DNA of 64,000 bases from Campylobacteraceae bacterium (GCA_026993075.1 JALWUQ010000005.1:1022-65021), one strand, 5' to 3'; positions 1 through 10,602 are shown, numbered from the stretch's first letter. A program made the numbers and translations. Notes: a model not told the origin generated them from the sequence alone.

Positions 1-1
1 T

Positions 2-1879
2 GGAAATATCATCGGTAAAAAGATAGTTTATGGTTTCGCAAAGTATCTAAGAGATGCTCTGCCAAATGCCACTTATCTTGGATTTACGGGAACACCTATT
101 GAGAATAGTGATGTCAATACTCCTGCTGTATTTGGGAACTATGTGGATATTTACGATATTTCTCAAGCGGTTGAAGATGGAGCTACTGTGAAGATTTACT
201 ATGAGAGTCGGCTTGCAAAGATAAACTTAAGTGATGAGGGAAAAAAGTTAGTCAAAGAGCTTGATAATGAGTTAGAAAATGATGATTTGAGTGAAATGCA
301 AAAAGTCAAAGCAAAATGGACCCAACTTGAAGCACTTATAGGGAGTAAAAATCGCATTAAAGAGGTGGCAGATGACATAGTCACTCATTTTGAAGCTCGC
401 CAAGAAGTATTTGACGGCAAGGGCATGATAGTGGCGATGAGCAGAAGAATCGCAGTAAAACTTTACGATGAGATAATCAAACTTCGCCCAAAGTGGCATA
501 GCGATGACTTAACAAAAGGTGTTATAAAAGTTGTAATGACTTCAAACAGTAGTGATGGAGCAGAAATAGCAAAACATCATACCACCAAAAAACAACGAAG
601 AGATTTGGCAAATCGCATGAAAGATGCAAATGATGAGTTAAAGCTTGTCATCGTGCGAGATATGTGGCTTACTGGATTTGATGCCCCTTCGTTGCATACA
701 CTTTACATTGATAAGCCTATGCGTGGTCATAACCTTATGCAAGCTATCGCAAGAGTAAATAGGGTTTATATAGATAAGCCTGCCGGACTCGTGGTTGATT
801 ATCTTGGAATTGCAAGTGATTTGAAAAAAGCTCTTTCATTTTATAGCGATAGCGGTGGCAAGGGCGACCCCGCATTAGCTCAAGAACAAGCTGTTGCACT
901 TATGCTTGAAAAGCTTGAAATTGTATCTGATATGCTCCATGGGTTTGCATATAAAAAATACTTTAAAGCCGATACAGCAGAGAAGCTTTCACTCATACTT
1001 GAAGCCCAAGAGCATATCTTAGGGCTTGAAGATGGCAAAAAAAGGTATATCAAAGAAGTAACTGCACTCTCCCTTGCTTTTGCAATCGCAGTTCCTAGTG
1101 AAAAAGCGATGGGTGTCAAAGATGAAATCTCTTTCTTCCAAGCCGTAAAAGCACGACTTGTCAAATTTGAAAGCTCAAGTGGTGGTAAAACTGATGAAGA
1201 GGTGGAGACTACTATCAGGCAAGTGATAGATAAAGCATTGGTTACGGAGCAAGTTATAGATATATTTGATGCCTCTGGGATTAAAAAACCTAATATTTCC
1301 GTGCTTGATGAAGAGTTTTTGCTTGAAGTAAAAGGGATGAAACACAAAAATATCGCTATAGAAGTGCTTAAAAAACTACTGAATAACGAAATAAAAACAA
1401 GACAAAAAACAAATCTAGTTCAGAGCAAATCTCTCATGGAGATGCTGGAAAACTCCATCAAAAAATATCACAACAAGATAATTACCGCAGCCGAAGTTAT
1501 AGAAGAGCTTATAGAACTCAGTAAAGATATACACAAAATGGATGAAGAGCCAAAAGAGATGGGTTTAAGTGATTTTGAGTATGCTTTTTACAGTGCTATT
1601 GCGTCAAATAACAGTGCCAAAGAAGTGATGGAAAAAGAGAAATTAAGAGAATTGGCAGTTGTTTTAACACAAAGAGTACGAGCCAATACTTCGATAGACT
1701 GGACTATCAAAGAGAGTGTAAGAGCTAAACTAAAAGTGATAGTAAAACGAACCCTCAGACAGTTTGGCTACCCACCAGATATGCAAAAATTAGCAACTGA
1801 GACTGTACTCAAACAAGCCGAGATGATAGCAGAGGAGCTAACAAATGATAATTTTATTGCACCTAAAAATAACCAATAA
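2..1879 (+). CDS. hsdR: Type I restriction enzyme R subunit (HsdR), C-terminal ~625 aa; the 5' end lies outside the window
   Basis: Frame 2 is open from the window edge ([37 protein letters not shown]...) and runs into the listed 143..1879 ORF. It carries helicase C-terminal motifs ([32 protein letters not shown]) and the long helical C-terminal region typical of HsdR. Confidence 0.85.
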   Translation, partial: GNIIGKKIVYGFAKYLRDALPNATYLGFTGTPIENSDVNTPAVFGNYVDIYDISQAVEDGATVKIYYESRLAKINLSDEGKKLVKELDNELENDDLSEMQKVKAKWTQLEALIGSKNRIKEVADDIVTHFEARQEVFDGKGMIVAMSRRIAVKLYDEIIKLRPKWHSDDLTKGVIKVVMTSNSSDGAEIAKHHTTKKQRRDLANRMKDANDELKLVIVRDMWLTGFDAPSLHTLYIDKPMRGHNLMQAIARVNRVYIDKPAGLVVDYLGIASDLKKALSFYSDSGGKGDPALAQEQAVALMLEKLEIVSDMLHGFAYKKYFKADTAEKLSLILEAQEHILGLEDGKKRYIKEVTALSLAFAIAVPSEKAMGVKDEISFFQAVKARLVKFESSSGGKTDEEVETTIRQVIDKALVTEQVIDIFDASGIKKPNISVLDEEFLLEVKGMKHKNIAIEVLKKLLNNEIKTRQKTNLVQSKSLMEMLENSIKKYHNKIITAAEVIEELIELSKDIHKMDEEPKEMGLSDFEYAFYSAIASNNSAKEVMEKEKLRELAVVLTQRVRANTSIDWTIKESVRAKLKVIVKRTLRQFGYPPDMQKLATETVLKQAEMIAEELTNDNFIAPKNNQ

Positions 1880-1988
1880 TAGCCATTTTTTAAAAAATGA
1901 TAGAGTTACAAATAGTTTTAATACAAAATAAAAAACTTACAATATTGATATGAAATATTATGGGTGTCTATATTGTGCAGTAGTTTCA

Positions 1989-2645
1989 TTATGGTTTTGA
2001 GGTAAAGACTTCTATCTTTTTATCAATTATTTTTCTTTCCTTTGGTGCACTTTTTTTCTTTAGCAATTCATACCATCTTAAAGTTGCGTGTTTATATCCT
2101 ACAGAAGAAGAAACTTTGATGATATATTTTATCTCTTTTTTTGTTAATTTATTTTTCATAATCGATGCTGCGATAAGCTTTGATGATACAGTTTGCATAC
2201 TTTGTATGGATTTAAAAGCGTTTTTATAGTTTTTATTTTTTAAATTTTCGATAAAAATTTTATATTGAGAGGGTAAGTATTTTGTACTTATGTTACCTAT
2301 ATCATTTTGTAGGAGATTATAATAACCATCTAATTTATTGTTTGGTATTAACTGTTTGATTGAAGTATATTGTTCGCATCGATCTTTAATTAAAAGTGCA
2401 TTGTGCATGGCACACTCCCCAAGGTATATCTTAGCTATCGCATTTACATCTGTTCCACTTTTTGCACTGTGTAAAGCTCTTTTTAGTGCTATTGAGGCAA
2501 GTCTTGTCTCTCCCTTTAAATAATATCTTTTATAGCTTTCAAATGAGTTCGAAGCATTGACTCTGTATTTGTATTTTTCATTTATTTTAAAAGAACATCC
2601 GGCAAATAAAATTATAAAAATTATACTAAATGTTAAATTTTTCAT
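1989..2645 (-). CDS. Lipoprotein of unknown function, last gene of the Mla-like operon
   Basis: 218-aa ORF with a signal peptide and lipobox (IILFAGC). Its start overlaps the stop of the upstream MCE gene by 4 nt. No family recognised. Confidence 0.6.
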   Translation of the reverse strand: MKNLTFSIIFIILFAGCSFKINEKYKYRVNASNSFESYKRYYLKGETRLASIALKRALHSAKSGTDVNAIAKIYLGECAMHNALLIKDRCEQYTSIKQLIPNNKLDGYYNLLQNDIGNISTKYLPSQYKIFIENLKNKNYKNAFKSIQSMQTVSSKLIAASIMKNKLTKKEIKYIIKVSSSVGYKHATLRWYELLKKKSAPKERKIIDKKIEVFTSKP

Positions 2646-3574
2646 GGTAATTTTACCCTTTTATTGTTATCTTCAATCAAAGAATTTACTTTATTGAGTA
2701 AATTATTTGCCTTGTCCGCACCTAAGAGAATTTGCTCTTTTAAAAGAACTATATCTTTACTCGATGAGCCTACTGTATCGACTAATTTGTTAAGTTTTTT
2801 AAGTTTTTTCTTGATATCTGTTAAAATATCATTTATATTTTTTGGTATTTGTTCACTTGGTTTTATGATATTGTGATTTAATTCTTTTAATATACTGTTT
2901 ATCTGTATGGTGATATTTTTGACCTCTTTCATGCTTTGTTTTAGATAGTCGATGCTTTGGGATATATTGTAAGAACTGTTTGTCTCACCCATCACAGTAT
3001 CTATGATGGATTTATTGTTTGCAAATTTTCCGGTAATGACTTGTAAATTATCCATAGTTTTAAATAATGGACCTTTTGGCGATGCCAGTTTTTTAACTAT
3101 TTTATCCGTATTTGTTATGATATTTGAAAGTTTAACAACTATTGGTTTTAGTTTTATAACAAGCGAATTTATATCATCTTTGACTTCAAAGTCAAGTATG
3201 GCATTTGGGGTAATTTTTGGATAATTTGGATCAGATATGACAGATATAACAGCACCGCCGATAAGAGGCTTATTTAGTACCAAATAAGCTCTTTTATTGA
3301 TCCACTTTGCATTTTTTGCATCTACAATGAAGTGGACGAAGACTTTTCCATCATAAGTGAAGTTGATTTTATTGATATAGCCTATATCAAAACCAGAATA
3401 TTTTATGGGTGTTCCTATGTTGAAATTATTTGCACTATTTGCATAAAACGCATAAGTATAATGTTTATCAAACATGCCTTTGCTTTTTAGTACAAAATAA
3501 ATCGCAAAAGAGAGTGCAGTAATCGTAAAAAAAGTAAATATCCCAACAGAAATCCTCATTTTATTATAAGACAT
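2642..3574 (-). CDS. mlaD: MlaD/MCE-domain periplasmic component of an Mla-like ABC transporter
   Basis: 310 aa. One N-terminal TM helix is followed by an MCE-like core (GTPIKYSGFDIGYINKINF...) and a long helical tail. It sits in an operon with a MlaE-like permease. Confidence 0.75.
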   Translation of the reverse strand: MSYNKMRISVGIFTFFTITALSFAIYFVLKSKGMFDKHYTYAFYANSANNFNIGTPIKYSGFDIGYINKINFTYDGKVFVHFIVDAKNAKWINKRAYLVLNKPLIGGAVISVISDPNYPKITPNAILDFEVKDDINSLVIKLKPIVVKLSNIITNTDKIVKKLASPKGPLFKTMDNLQVITGKFANNKSIIDTVMGETNSSYNISQSIDYLKQSMKEVKNITIQINSILKELNHNIIKPSEQIPKNINDILTDIKKKLKKLNKLVDTVGSSSKDIVLLKEQILLGADKANNLLNKVNSLIEDNNKRVKLP

Positions 3575-4038
3575 TTGTTTTCCTTGTAGTAATTGTGTAA
3601 GGTTGTGTCAACTATTTGTATTCTTTTGTTAAATATATTGGATAATTTGATTATATAATCAATATCTTCTATTTTATCTATCATGGAGAATGGCTTAATT
3701 ATCGTTATCATTTCGCAACTACTTACATAAGCTCTTAAAAACTGTATCAGCAAACGATCTTTTTTACCTATTTCAAAAGGCAGTTTGTCTCTTAATTCTT
3801 CAAGTCCAGATTTTTGTAACAGATTTGAAGTAATTTTTTTGGATTTTTTAATATTGAATCTATTGTGATATTCCAAAATAAGTGATATATTTTGGGTCAC
3901 AGTGAGTTCTGAAAGCAAAGGAGTATTTTCGCTGACTATACTGGTTTTCTCACTTTCAATATATTTATTAAGAGTATCGATATCCTCAAAGATTTTTATA
4001 TAAATTCTATTATTAATGATAACACCTCTATAAAACAA
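3556..4038 (-). CDS. Truncated, catalytically degenerate MlaF-like ABC ATPase domain (no Walker A)
   Basis: The 160-aa ORF aligns by eye to the C-terminal two thirds of MlaF. The Q-loop region is IVSENTPLLSELTVTQNI. The signature position reads EIGKKD instead of LSGGM. The Walker B position reads ITIIKPFSMID instead of hhhhDEP. No P-loop is present, and there is no room for one because mlaE ends at 3996. Confidence 0.6.
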   Translation of the reverse strand: MFYRGVIINNRIYIKIFEDIDTLNKYIESEKTSIVSENTPLLSELTVTQNISLILEYHNRFNIKKSKKITSNLLQKSGLEELRDKLPFEIGKKDRLLIQFLRAYVSSCEMITIIKPFSMIDKIEDIDYIIKLSNIFNKRIQIVDTTLHNYYKENKCLIIK

Positions 4039-4754
4039 ATTATAATAAAAAGAGAAGATATGGTTTTTGACAGACTAAAGGGGATTTCAAAATATCTTTT
4101 TTTTGTCATAAGTCCATCATAGCTTGGAATGGTAACTATGATAAAACCAAATAATAAACTTTTAAATACAAATATCAAAATATCTTTTAATGATATGGCT
4201 TTTACTAATGTTGATAAAAATATATCCAGATTCATTCCCATTATAAGAAAAAGAAAAACATATCCACTAATCATCATAATAAGAGAAAATAAAAATGCCA
4301 GTGATAAAAAGCCGAGCATGTTGCCCAATGCTCTTGGCATAAATAGGTATTTTACTGTATCTATACCAAATATCTCTAATGTATTTAACTCATTATTGAC
4401 TTTCATTATAGAAGTTTTGGCCGAAACTCTAAGACCTGTTCTAAAAGATATGATAAGAGCCAGCAAGAAAGGCACAAGCTCAACTATAATCAGTTTTATT
4501 ATCAAATAACCTATATATTGTTGCATATTGTATTCTATCGATAGTGAAACAATCAGCCCCATGATGATAACACCAAATACAATCGCAGATAATAAGAATA
4601 CGGGTAATATTTCAATAGCTGTGTAAAAGATTTGTTGCACCAAAACTTGCCTTGAAGCAGGATTGTAATTTTTAGGATTAAACATATATAACAGGCAAAC
4701 TACCGAAAAAAAATAGTATTTAGTAAAATGTATTATACCTGAAAAAATATTCAT
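3996..4754 (-). CDS. mlaE: MlaE-family ABC transporter permease
   Basis: Polytopic membrane protein of ~252 aa with MlaE-like length and topology. I prefer the ATG at 4754, which is preceded by agagg (SD), over the TTG at 4778. Confidence 0.75.
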   Translation of the reverse strand: MNIFSGIIHFTKYYFFSVVCLLYMFNPKNYNPASRQVLVQQIFYTAIEILPVFLLSAIVFGVIIMGLIVSLSIEYNMQQYIGYLIIKLIIVELVPFLLALIISFRTGLRVSAKTSIMKVNNELNTLEIFGIDTVKYLFMPRALGNMLGFLSLAFLFSLIMMISGYVFLFLIMGMNLDIFLSTLVKAISLKDILIFVFKSLLFGFIIVTIPSYDGLMTKKRYFEIPFSLSKTISSLFIIICFIEVLSLIIEFI

Positions 4755-5151
4755 GTTAACCTCTGATTTAATATGCAATATCGGTTAATAATAACACAAA
4801 TATACTAAAAACCATATATTTTTTAAAAAATATCATTACACAAAGGATCAAAAGCCTATTGGCAAAACAAATACTATTAAGATAAATAACTTTATAAGCA
4901 GTATTTTATTTACCAAATTTTTTTCCATTTTTTGACTATTTTTGCGACATCCCCCATGCAGTAATTTTCACTTGGATTATTCTCCTTTATTTGGATAATA
5001 TTATTATATGATCAAAATGTTAATATAGAATTAACAATTTAAAATGTGTAAGATCAGTTATCAGTACCAAGTGCAAGTAATCAAAGATTAAAAGAAAAAG
5101 AGTTATAATCTGTTTATAAATCTTAAACAGTTAATATTTCAAGGAATACAG

Positions 5152-6024
5152 ATGAAAACAAAACGAGAAATAACAGTTGCCCATTCGCCCGATGCTGATG
5201 ATATTTTTATGTACTATGCTATTAAGTTCGGGTGGGTAGGGAGTAAAAATATAAGATTTAAAAATCTCGCTCTTGATATAGAGACGCTAAATAAAAAGAC
5301 TTTGCAAGGCATATATGACATAAGTGCCATTAGTTTTGCACTTTATCCAAAGATAAAAGACGAATATGCTCTTTTAAAAACAGCTGTTAGTTTTGGAGAG
5401 GGATATGGACCTAAGTTGATAAAGAAAAAAGGGAGTAAATTAAAAAGAAATTTTAAAGTAGCCTTAAGTGGTGAAAATACAACAAATGCTCTTCTTTTTA
5501 AAGTAGCATACCCTGATGCAAGAATTATTTACAAAAACTTTTTAGATATAGAAAAATCTGTTCTTGAGGGTGAATGTGATGCTGGAGTTTTAATACATGA
5601 GAGTATTTTAGAGTTTGATAAGAGTCTGGTGGTAGAGAGAGAGATTTGGGATATTTGGCAAGATCTTTCAAAAGAAGATATTCCTTTGCCTTTAGGCGGA
5701 ATGGCAATAAGACGCTCTATTCCTTTAAATATTGCCATAGAATGTGAAGAAATTTTAACTAAAGCTGTCAGGATTGCAAGAGATAATGCAATGTTTATGT
5801 CAAAAATGTTGATAGAGAGAAATCTTATGAGGGTTGATGAGACAACACTTGAGCAATATTTAAACCTTTATGCAAATGAAAATTCTATCTCCTTAAATGA
5901 TTTACAGATAAAAGCTATAGATAAACTTTTTGAAATAGGCTATAATAACGGATATTTTGATGAACTTATAAGTTGTGAAGATTACTTCATACCAAATGAA
6001 TACAAGGAGTTAAGGAGCAGATAA
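5152..6024 (+). CDS. MqnA/MqnD-family (VitK2 biosynthesis) menaquinone/futalosine-pathway protein
   Basis: 290 aa. The N-terminal VAHSPDADDIFMYYAI motif and overall periplasmic-binding-protein-like layout fit the MqnA/MqnD family. The subfamily is not resolved. Confidence 0.6.
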   Translation: MKTKREITVAHSPDADDIFMYYAIKFGWVGSKNIRFKNLALDIETLNKKTLQGIYDISAISFALYPKIKDEYALLKTAVSFGEGYGPKLIKKKGSKLKRNFKVALSGENTTNALLFKVAYPDARIIYKNFLDIEKSVLEGECDAGVLIHESILEFDKSLVVEREIWDIWQDLSKEDIPLPLGGMAIRRSIPLNIAIECEEILTKAVRIARDNAMFMSKMLIERNLMRVDETTLEQYLNLYANENSISLNDLQIKAIDKLFEIGYNNGYFDELISCEDYFIPNEYKELRSR

Positions 6025-6290
6025 TGGAAGCAAAACTCATAGGTCTTGGTGTTGAAACTTTTAAGTTAGCTCTTTATCTGTCTTTGCCGATGCTTCTTTC
6101 TGGTTTGATTGCCGGACTAGCTATCAGTATATTTCAAGCTACTACCCAGATCAATGAAATGACACTTAGTTTTGTTCCAAAGATTATATTGGTTGTAGTT
6201 GTTATAATATTTACAATGCCTTGGATGATGAATATGATGATAGAGTTTACAAAACATGTTTTAAATATGATTCCAAGTTTTATATTTTGA
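6024..6290 (+). CDS. fliQ: Flagellar export apparatus protein FliQ
   Basis: 88 aa with two TM helices and the conserved LSFVPKI motif. ATGA-type junction with the upstream gene. Confidence 0.9.
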   Translation: MEAKLIGLGVETFKLALYLSLPMLLSGLIAGLAISIFQATTQINEMTLSFVPKIILVVVVIIFTMPWMMNMMIEFTKHVLNMIPSFIF

Positions 6291-7057
6291 AGCTATTAGA
6301 CTTTTCAAAATACAGTAGCATCAAAATAGGCCCTACAGTTAAAATAAAGATAATTGATAAGATAAAAAAAGAAAATGAAAGTTATACTATAATTGGTGGA
6401 GCAAATAATTTGCTTGTTTCGCCAAATCCGCCAAAACTTGCAAAACTTTCAAAATCATTTGATTATATCTACCAAAAAGATAATCTTTTATATATCGGCG
6501 GAGCAACGCCAAGCGGAAAAATTCTCTCTTATGCAAAAAAAAATGATATTGCCCATTTTGAAATAATGCAAAAACTCCCAGGTCTTCTTGGCGGTATAGT
6601 AAAGATGAATGCGGGACTCAAAGAATATGAGATTTCTAACTATTTGCTTTACATTAAAACTATAAATAATTATATTGAAAAAGATAATATAAAGTTTTCT
6701 TATAGATATACTAATATAAAAAATATAATTTATGAAGCTGTTTTTAAAATTGAAAAAGGATTTAACTATAAACTTTTTAAATACTTTGAGAATCTAAGAG
6801 CAAATCAACCAAATTTACCAAGTGCGGGAAGTTGTTTTAAAAATCCAAAAGGTTACTATGCCGGAGAAATAATAGAAAATTGTGGACTAAAGGGGTATCA
6901 AAAAGGAAATGCTGCTTTTAGTAAGCAACATGCAAATTTTTTAGTTAATTTAGGAAATGCAAAATTTCAAGATGCTTTATATTTGATAGAATTAGCTGAG
7001 AATAAAGTTTTTGAAAAGTTTAAGATAAAGCTCGAAAAAGAAATAATTATATTGTAA
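6287..7057 (+). CDS. murB: UDP-N-acetylenolpyruvoylglucosamine reductase MurB
   Basis: Short epsilon-type MurB (KYSSIKIGP..., GGANNLL, PSAGSCFKNP, AKQHANFLVN). The likely TTG start at 6287 overlaps the fliQ stop (TTGA). The listed ORF start at 6221 lies inside fliQ. Confidence 0.85.
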   Translation: MKLLDFSKYSSIKIGPTVKIKIIDKIKKENESYTIIGGANNLLVSPNPPKLAKLSKSFDYIYQKDNLLYIGGATPSGKILSYAKKNDIAHFEIMQKLPGLLGGIVKMNAGLKEYEISNYLLYIKTINNYIEKDNIKFSYRYTNIKNIIYEAVFKIEKGFNYKLFKYFENLRANQPNLPSAGSCFKNPKGYYAGEIIENCGLKGYQKGNAAFSKQHANFLVNLGNAKFQDALYLIELAENKVFEKFKIKLEKEIIIL

Positions 7058-7206
7058 GATTGTAAGTGGTTATGCAAGAAGTCTAATATAATAAAGTATT
7101 ATCATTATTGAAAACTATATCTTTAAAAAAAATCCAAAAATATATTTTAATCTGCTATTTAACTTATTAAGATAAAATTTCATAATTTCGTTTAAAAGGA
7201 TAGTTT

Positions 7207-10200
7207 GTGGTAAAATATTTTAAAAATCTGTTTTTATCCATGCAAAGTGCAATTGTTTTATTTCTTATTTTTGCCGTAGTGTCGGCAATAGCAACATTTG
7301 TAGAGAGTGATTTTGGTACACAAACAGCATGGGCTATGATATATGGCACACTTTGGTTTGGAGCAATTCAACTGCTTCTTGGTATAAATTTAGCTTATAA
7401 TATATTTAAATATAAGCTTTACAAGAAAAATAAAATTCATGCTTTTATATTTCATATAGGGTTTTTATTTATTTTATTAGGTGCAGGTGTTACAAGATAT
7501 ATCGGATATGAAGGAATAATGCACATACGAGATGGGCAGAGCGAAAACAGGATGATTTCAAGCGAACCGTATATTCAAGTTGATGCTGTTAAGGGTAATA
7601 AAATCTATCATGTTGATAAAAAAGCTTATCTTTCAAAGATTAGTGATAATTATTTTGATTTGGATATGAATATCGGTGCTAAAAAGGCTGAAATTAAATA
7701 TTTAAAATTTGTACCGAATGCAACAAGCAGTATAGTTTATGCTCCAGATGGAAAACCAATGATATCTTTTATGAGTACAGACCCTGAAAATAGTAATTTT
7801 GTTTTAAAAGATAAGTCAAAAAAAGATGTTGGGAATATTATTTTTACATTAAATGGTACAAAACTAAAAAGTGCAAATTCTATATGGAGTAATCCGAAAG
7901 TAAATATAACAACCAATAACGGTAAATTTTACATTACATCAAACAAAGATATAACTGTTTTTAACATGGCTACTCAAGGTAAAAAGATACTAAAATCAGG
8001 TAAGCAATATAAATTTATCGGCAAAAGACTCTACACAATAGGCAAAATTAATTTTGCTCCAAAATCTATGAATATAAAAGGTAAAGAAGAGTTAATCTCC
8101 GGTGGAAAAACAAGAGCCGGTATGAGATTTAACGGTTTGGATGCGGTTGTTGTGCAGGTAAAATACAATGGTGATACAAAAAAAGTGACAATGTTCGGCC
8201 AAGGAAAAGGTGCCAAAGGATTTACCAAACATGAGACGATAGGCGGAATTCCGTTTAGCTTTGAGTGGGGATCAAAAGTTATAACTCTACCTTTTCATGT
8301 AAAACTTAGAAAATTTATCTTAGACAGATACCCAGGCTCAATGTCACCATCATCTTATGCAAGTGAAGTAACACTTATAGATAAGAAAAATGGAGTTGAC
8401 AGACCTTTTAGGATATATATGAACCATGTGCTTGATTATAAGAATTATAGATTTTTTCAATCTTCTTATGATAGAGATGAAAAAGGAACTATACTCTCAG
8501 TAAACCATGATCCTGGAAAATATCCGACATATTTTGGATATCTTCTTTTGGCAATAGGATTTATTTTGACTGTACTTAGTCCAAAAAGTAGATTTAGAAC
8601 ACTTGGAAGGAAAATACAACAAGAGATGAAAAAAAGTAAAAACGCAATAAGTGCTGTAATGATAGTTGCCTTTTTATCGGTATTGTTTTATGCACCTCAG
8701 CCATTGCAGGCACAGACAAAACTAACGCTCAAAGAAAGTATAAAGATAGCAAAAAAATATGAGAAAAAACATGCGGATGAGTTCGGACATTTACTTATGC
8801 AAAATAAAGAGGGAAGGATTGAGCCGATTGATTCTTTTGCCAATAATGTTTTAGATAAAGTCTCAAGAAAGAGAAGTTTTTACGGACTTGACGCAGACCA
8901 GATTATATTAGGTATGTTAAGTGCACCTGGAGTTTGGCAAAATATTCCTATGGTTAAAATATCTCATAGTAAGATAAAAAGGATTTTGGGGCTTAAACAA
9001 AGTGCAAAGTATGCCTCTTTTAAAGAGTTTTTTAACTATGGTGCAAAAAATCCGTATAAATTATCAACTTATGCCGAAGTAGCAAGTAGAAAGCCTCCGA
9101 TTGATAGAAATATGTTCGATAAAGATGTTTTAAGAGTTGATGAGAGACTAAATGTTTTATATTATGTCTATACCGGTTCTTTATTTAGGATATTTCCCAA
9201 GATAGACGATCCTACAAATAAATGGTATGATCCAAAAACAGCTATTTCAACTTTTCCAAAAGCTCAAAGTATTGAGATAAGAACTCTTTTGGCAAATTAT
9301 TTTGAAAGTTTAAACAAAGGCGTTAAAACAGGAAATTGGCAAAGTGCGGACAATGCATTGAAAGCCATATCAAATTACCAACAAAAATATGGGGCTAAAG
9401 TCATAGAAAATACTTCACATGTTAAAGCAGAGATACTTTATAACCGTTTAAATATATTTACTAGGTTGATACCTATTTATTTGATATCAGGTTTGTTATT
9501 GTTATTTGCTGTTATGTATAAGATGCTAAGACCAAAAAGTTCGGTAAAATGGTTTGAGCGAGCCTTATTTGTGGTGATATTTTTAGCATTTTTAACTCAG
9601 ATATTTAATATGGGACTAAGGTGGTATGTTGCAGGTCATGCACCTTGGAGTGATGGCTATGAATCGATGATATATATATCCTTTGCACTGATGTTGGCAG
9701 GGCTTATTTTTTCTAAGCATTCTACCATGGCTTTGTCTTTGACGGCTATTTTGACCGGAGTTTTTTTATTTGTTGCACATTTAAGTTGGATGGATCCACA
9801 GATAACAAACTTAGTACCAGTTCTTAAATCGTATTGGCTGATGATACATGTTTCAGTTATAACGGCGAGTTATGGATTTTTGGGACTTAATATGTTATTG
9901 GGAATGTTTACCCTTATTATGTATATTATGCTTAGTAATGATCCTAAAAATAAAAGAAATAAATCTATCCTAAATGGCATAACAGAAGCAACAAGGGTAA
10001 ATGAAATGTCTATGATACTTGGTCTTATGCTTTTAACTATGGGTAACTTTTTAGGCGGTGTTTGGGCAAATGAGTCTTGGGGTAAATATTGGAGTTGGGA
10101 TCCTAAAGAGACTTGGGCATTAATATCTATACTTGTCTATGCAGCAGTAGTTCATATGAGACTTGTTCCAAGACTGAATGGTCAATTTGCTTTTGCGGTA

Positions 10201-10389
10201 GCTTCTACGGTAGCTTACTTTTCAATTATTATGACATATTTGGGAGTAAATTATTATTTAGTAGGTATGCACTCTTATGCATCAGGTCAGCCTGTACCTA
10301 TCCCAGATTGGATATATTATGCTATCGCTACAGTTTTCATTGTTATATTTTTAGCTATACCAAAACGAAAATATTCAAAAAGATTATGA
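7207..10389 (+). CDS. ccsBA: Fused cytochrome c biogenesis protein CcsBA (ResB + CcsA, system II)
   Basis: 1060 aa. The N-terminal half is ResB-like with a large periplasmic domain. The C-terminal half is a CcsA polytopic domain with the WWD motif WGKYWSWDPKETW. The fusion is characteristic of Campylobacterota. Confidence 0.88.
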   Translation: MVKYFKNLFLSMQSAIVLFLIFAVVSAIATFVESDFGTQTAWAMIYGTLWFGAIQLLLGINLAYNIFKYKLYKKNKIHAFIFHIGFLFILLGAGVTRYIGYEGIMHIRDGQSENRMISSEPYIQVDAVKGNKIYHVDKKAYLSKISDNYFDLDMNIGAKKAEIKYLKFVPNATSSIVYAPDGKPMISFMSTDPENSNFVLKDKSKKDVGNIIFTLNGTKLKSANSIWSNPKVNITTNNGKFYITSNKDITVFNMATQGKKILKSGKQYKFIGKRLYTIGKINFAPKSMNIKGKEELISGGKTRAGMRFNGLDAVVVQVKYNGDTKKVTMFGQGKGAKGFTKHETIGGIPFSFEWGSKVITLPFHVKLRKFILDRYPGSMSPSSYASEVTLIDKKNGVDRPFRIYMNHVLDYKNYRFFQSSYDRDEKGTILSVNHDPGKYPTYFGYLLLAIGFILTVLSPKSRFRTLGRKIQQEMKKSKNAISAVMIVAFLSVLFYAPQPLQAQTKLTLKESIKIAKKYEKKHADEFGHLLMQNKEGRIEPIDSFANNVLDKVSRKRSFYGLDADQIILGMLSAPGVWQNIPMVKISHSKIKRILGLKQSAKYASFKEFFNYGAKNPYKLSTYAEVASRKPPIDRNMFDKDVLRVDERLNVLYYVYTGSLFRIFPKIDDPTNKWYDPKTAISTFPKAQSIEIRTLLANYFESLNKGVKTGNWQSADNALKAISNYQQKYGAKVIENTSHVKAEILYNRLNIFTRLIPIYLISGLLLLFAVMYKMLRPKSSVKWFERALFVVIFLAFLTQIFNMGLRWYVAGHAPWSDGYESMIYISFALMLAGLIFSKHSTMALSLTAILTGVFLFVAHLSWMDPQITNLVPVLKSYWLMIHVSVITASYGFLGLNMLLGMFTLIMYIMLSNDPKNKRNKSILNGITEATRVNEMSMILGLMLLTMGNFLGGVWANESWGKYWSWDPKETWALISILVYAAVVHMRLVPRLNGQFAFAVASTVAYFSIIMTYLGVNYYLVGMHSYASGQPVPIPDWIYYAIATVFIVIFLAIPKRKYSKRL

Positions 10390-10390
10390 T

Positions 10391-10424
10391 ATAAAAAGTC
10401 ACAAGGTGCCAAGCATCTTGTGAC
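10391..10424. terminator. Bidirectional rho-independent terminator candidate (ccsBA on + ; tRNA operon on -)
   Basis: Hairpin gtcacaag(10398-10405)/cttgtgac(10417-10424) with an 11-nt loop. An A-run (ataaaaa) lies on the + side, giving a T-run on the minus strand. Only a weak T-run follows on the plus strand. Confidence 0.5.
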
Positions 10425-10602
10425 AAATACTTTTATGAGTGTCTGCACTATACAGTAGTCTCTTTAACCCAAATATTGCATTAAAAACCATCTTCTACTA
10501 TAAGTATTGATATATTTTTACTATCTCTCAATAGAAAATTTGGGCATAAAATTAATAATGCTAATATAATTTTTTGGAAATATTTATTTGTAGTTTTGAA
10601 AG

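Noticed and set aside
880-1347. This and many other 60-185-aa ORFs lie antisense to, or out of frame within, long genes. Examples: 199..384, 272..499, 8031..8228, 13604..13972, 17675..18232, 34097..34651, 49507..49977, the five + strand ORFs inside clpB at 58933..61317, and 63216..63632.
   Set aside because: They sit entirely inside well-supported conserved genes, lack SD sequences, and have low-complexity Ser/Leu/Phe/Ile-rich translations typical of the antisense strand of AT-rich coding DNA.
1884-1899. 16-bp perfect palindrome cattttttaaaaaatg just after the hsdR stop.
   Set aside because: It is made purely of A/T homopolymer arms. It would form a very weak hairpin and is likely to arise by chance in this composition. 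At best it is a weak terminator.
4779-5151. 373-nt divergent intergenic region between mlaE and the mqn-family gene, examined for small ORFs and sRNAs (for example a 15-aa MGDVAKIVKKWKKIW on the minus strand).
   Set aside because: The mini-ORFs lack properly spaced SDs. I found no convincing conserved structure or repeat. It most likely holds just two divergent promoters.
10113-10394. 93-aa + strand ORF overlapping the end of ccsBA.
   Set aside because: It is an alternative frame of the conserved CcsA domain (WWD region) with no independent signals.
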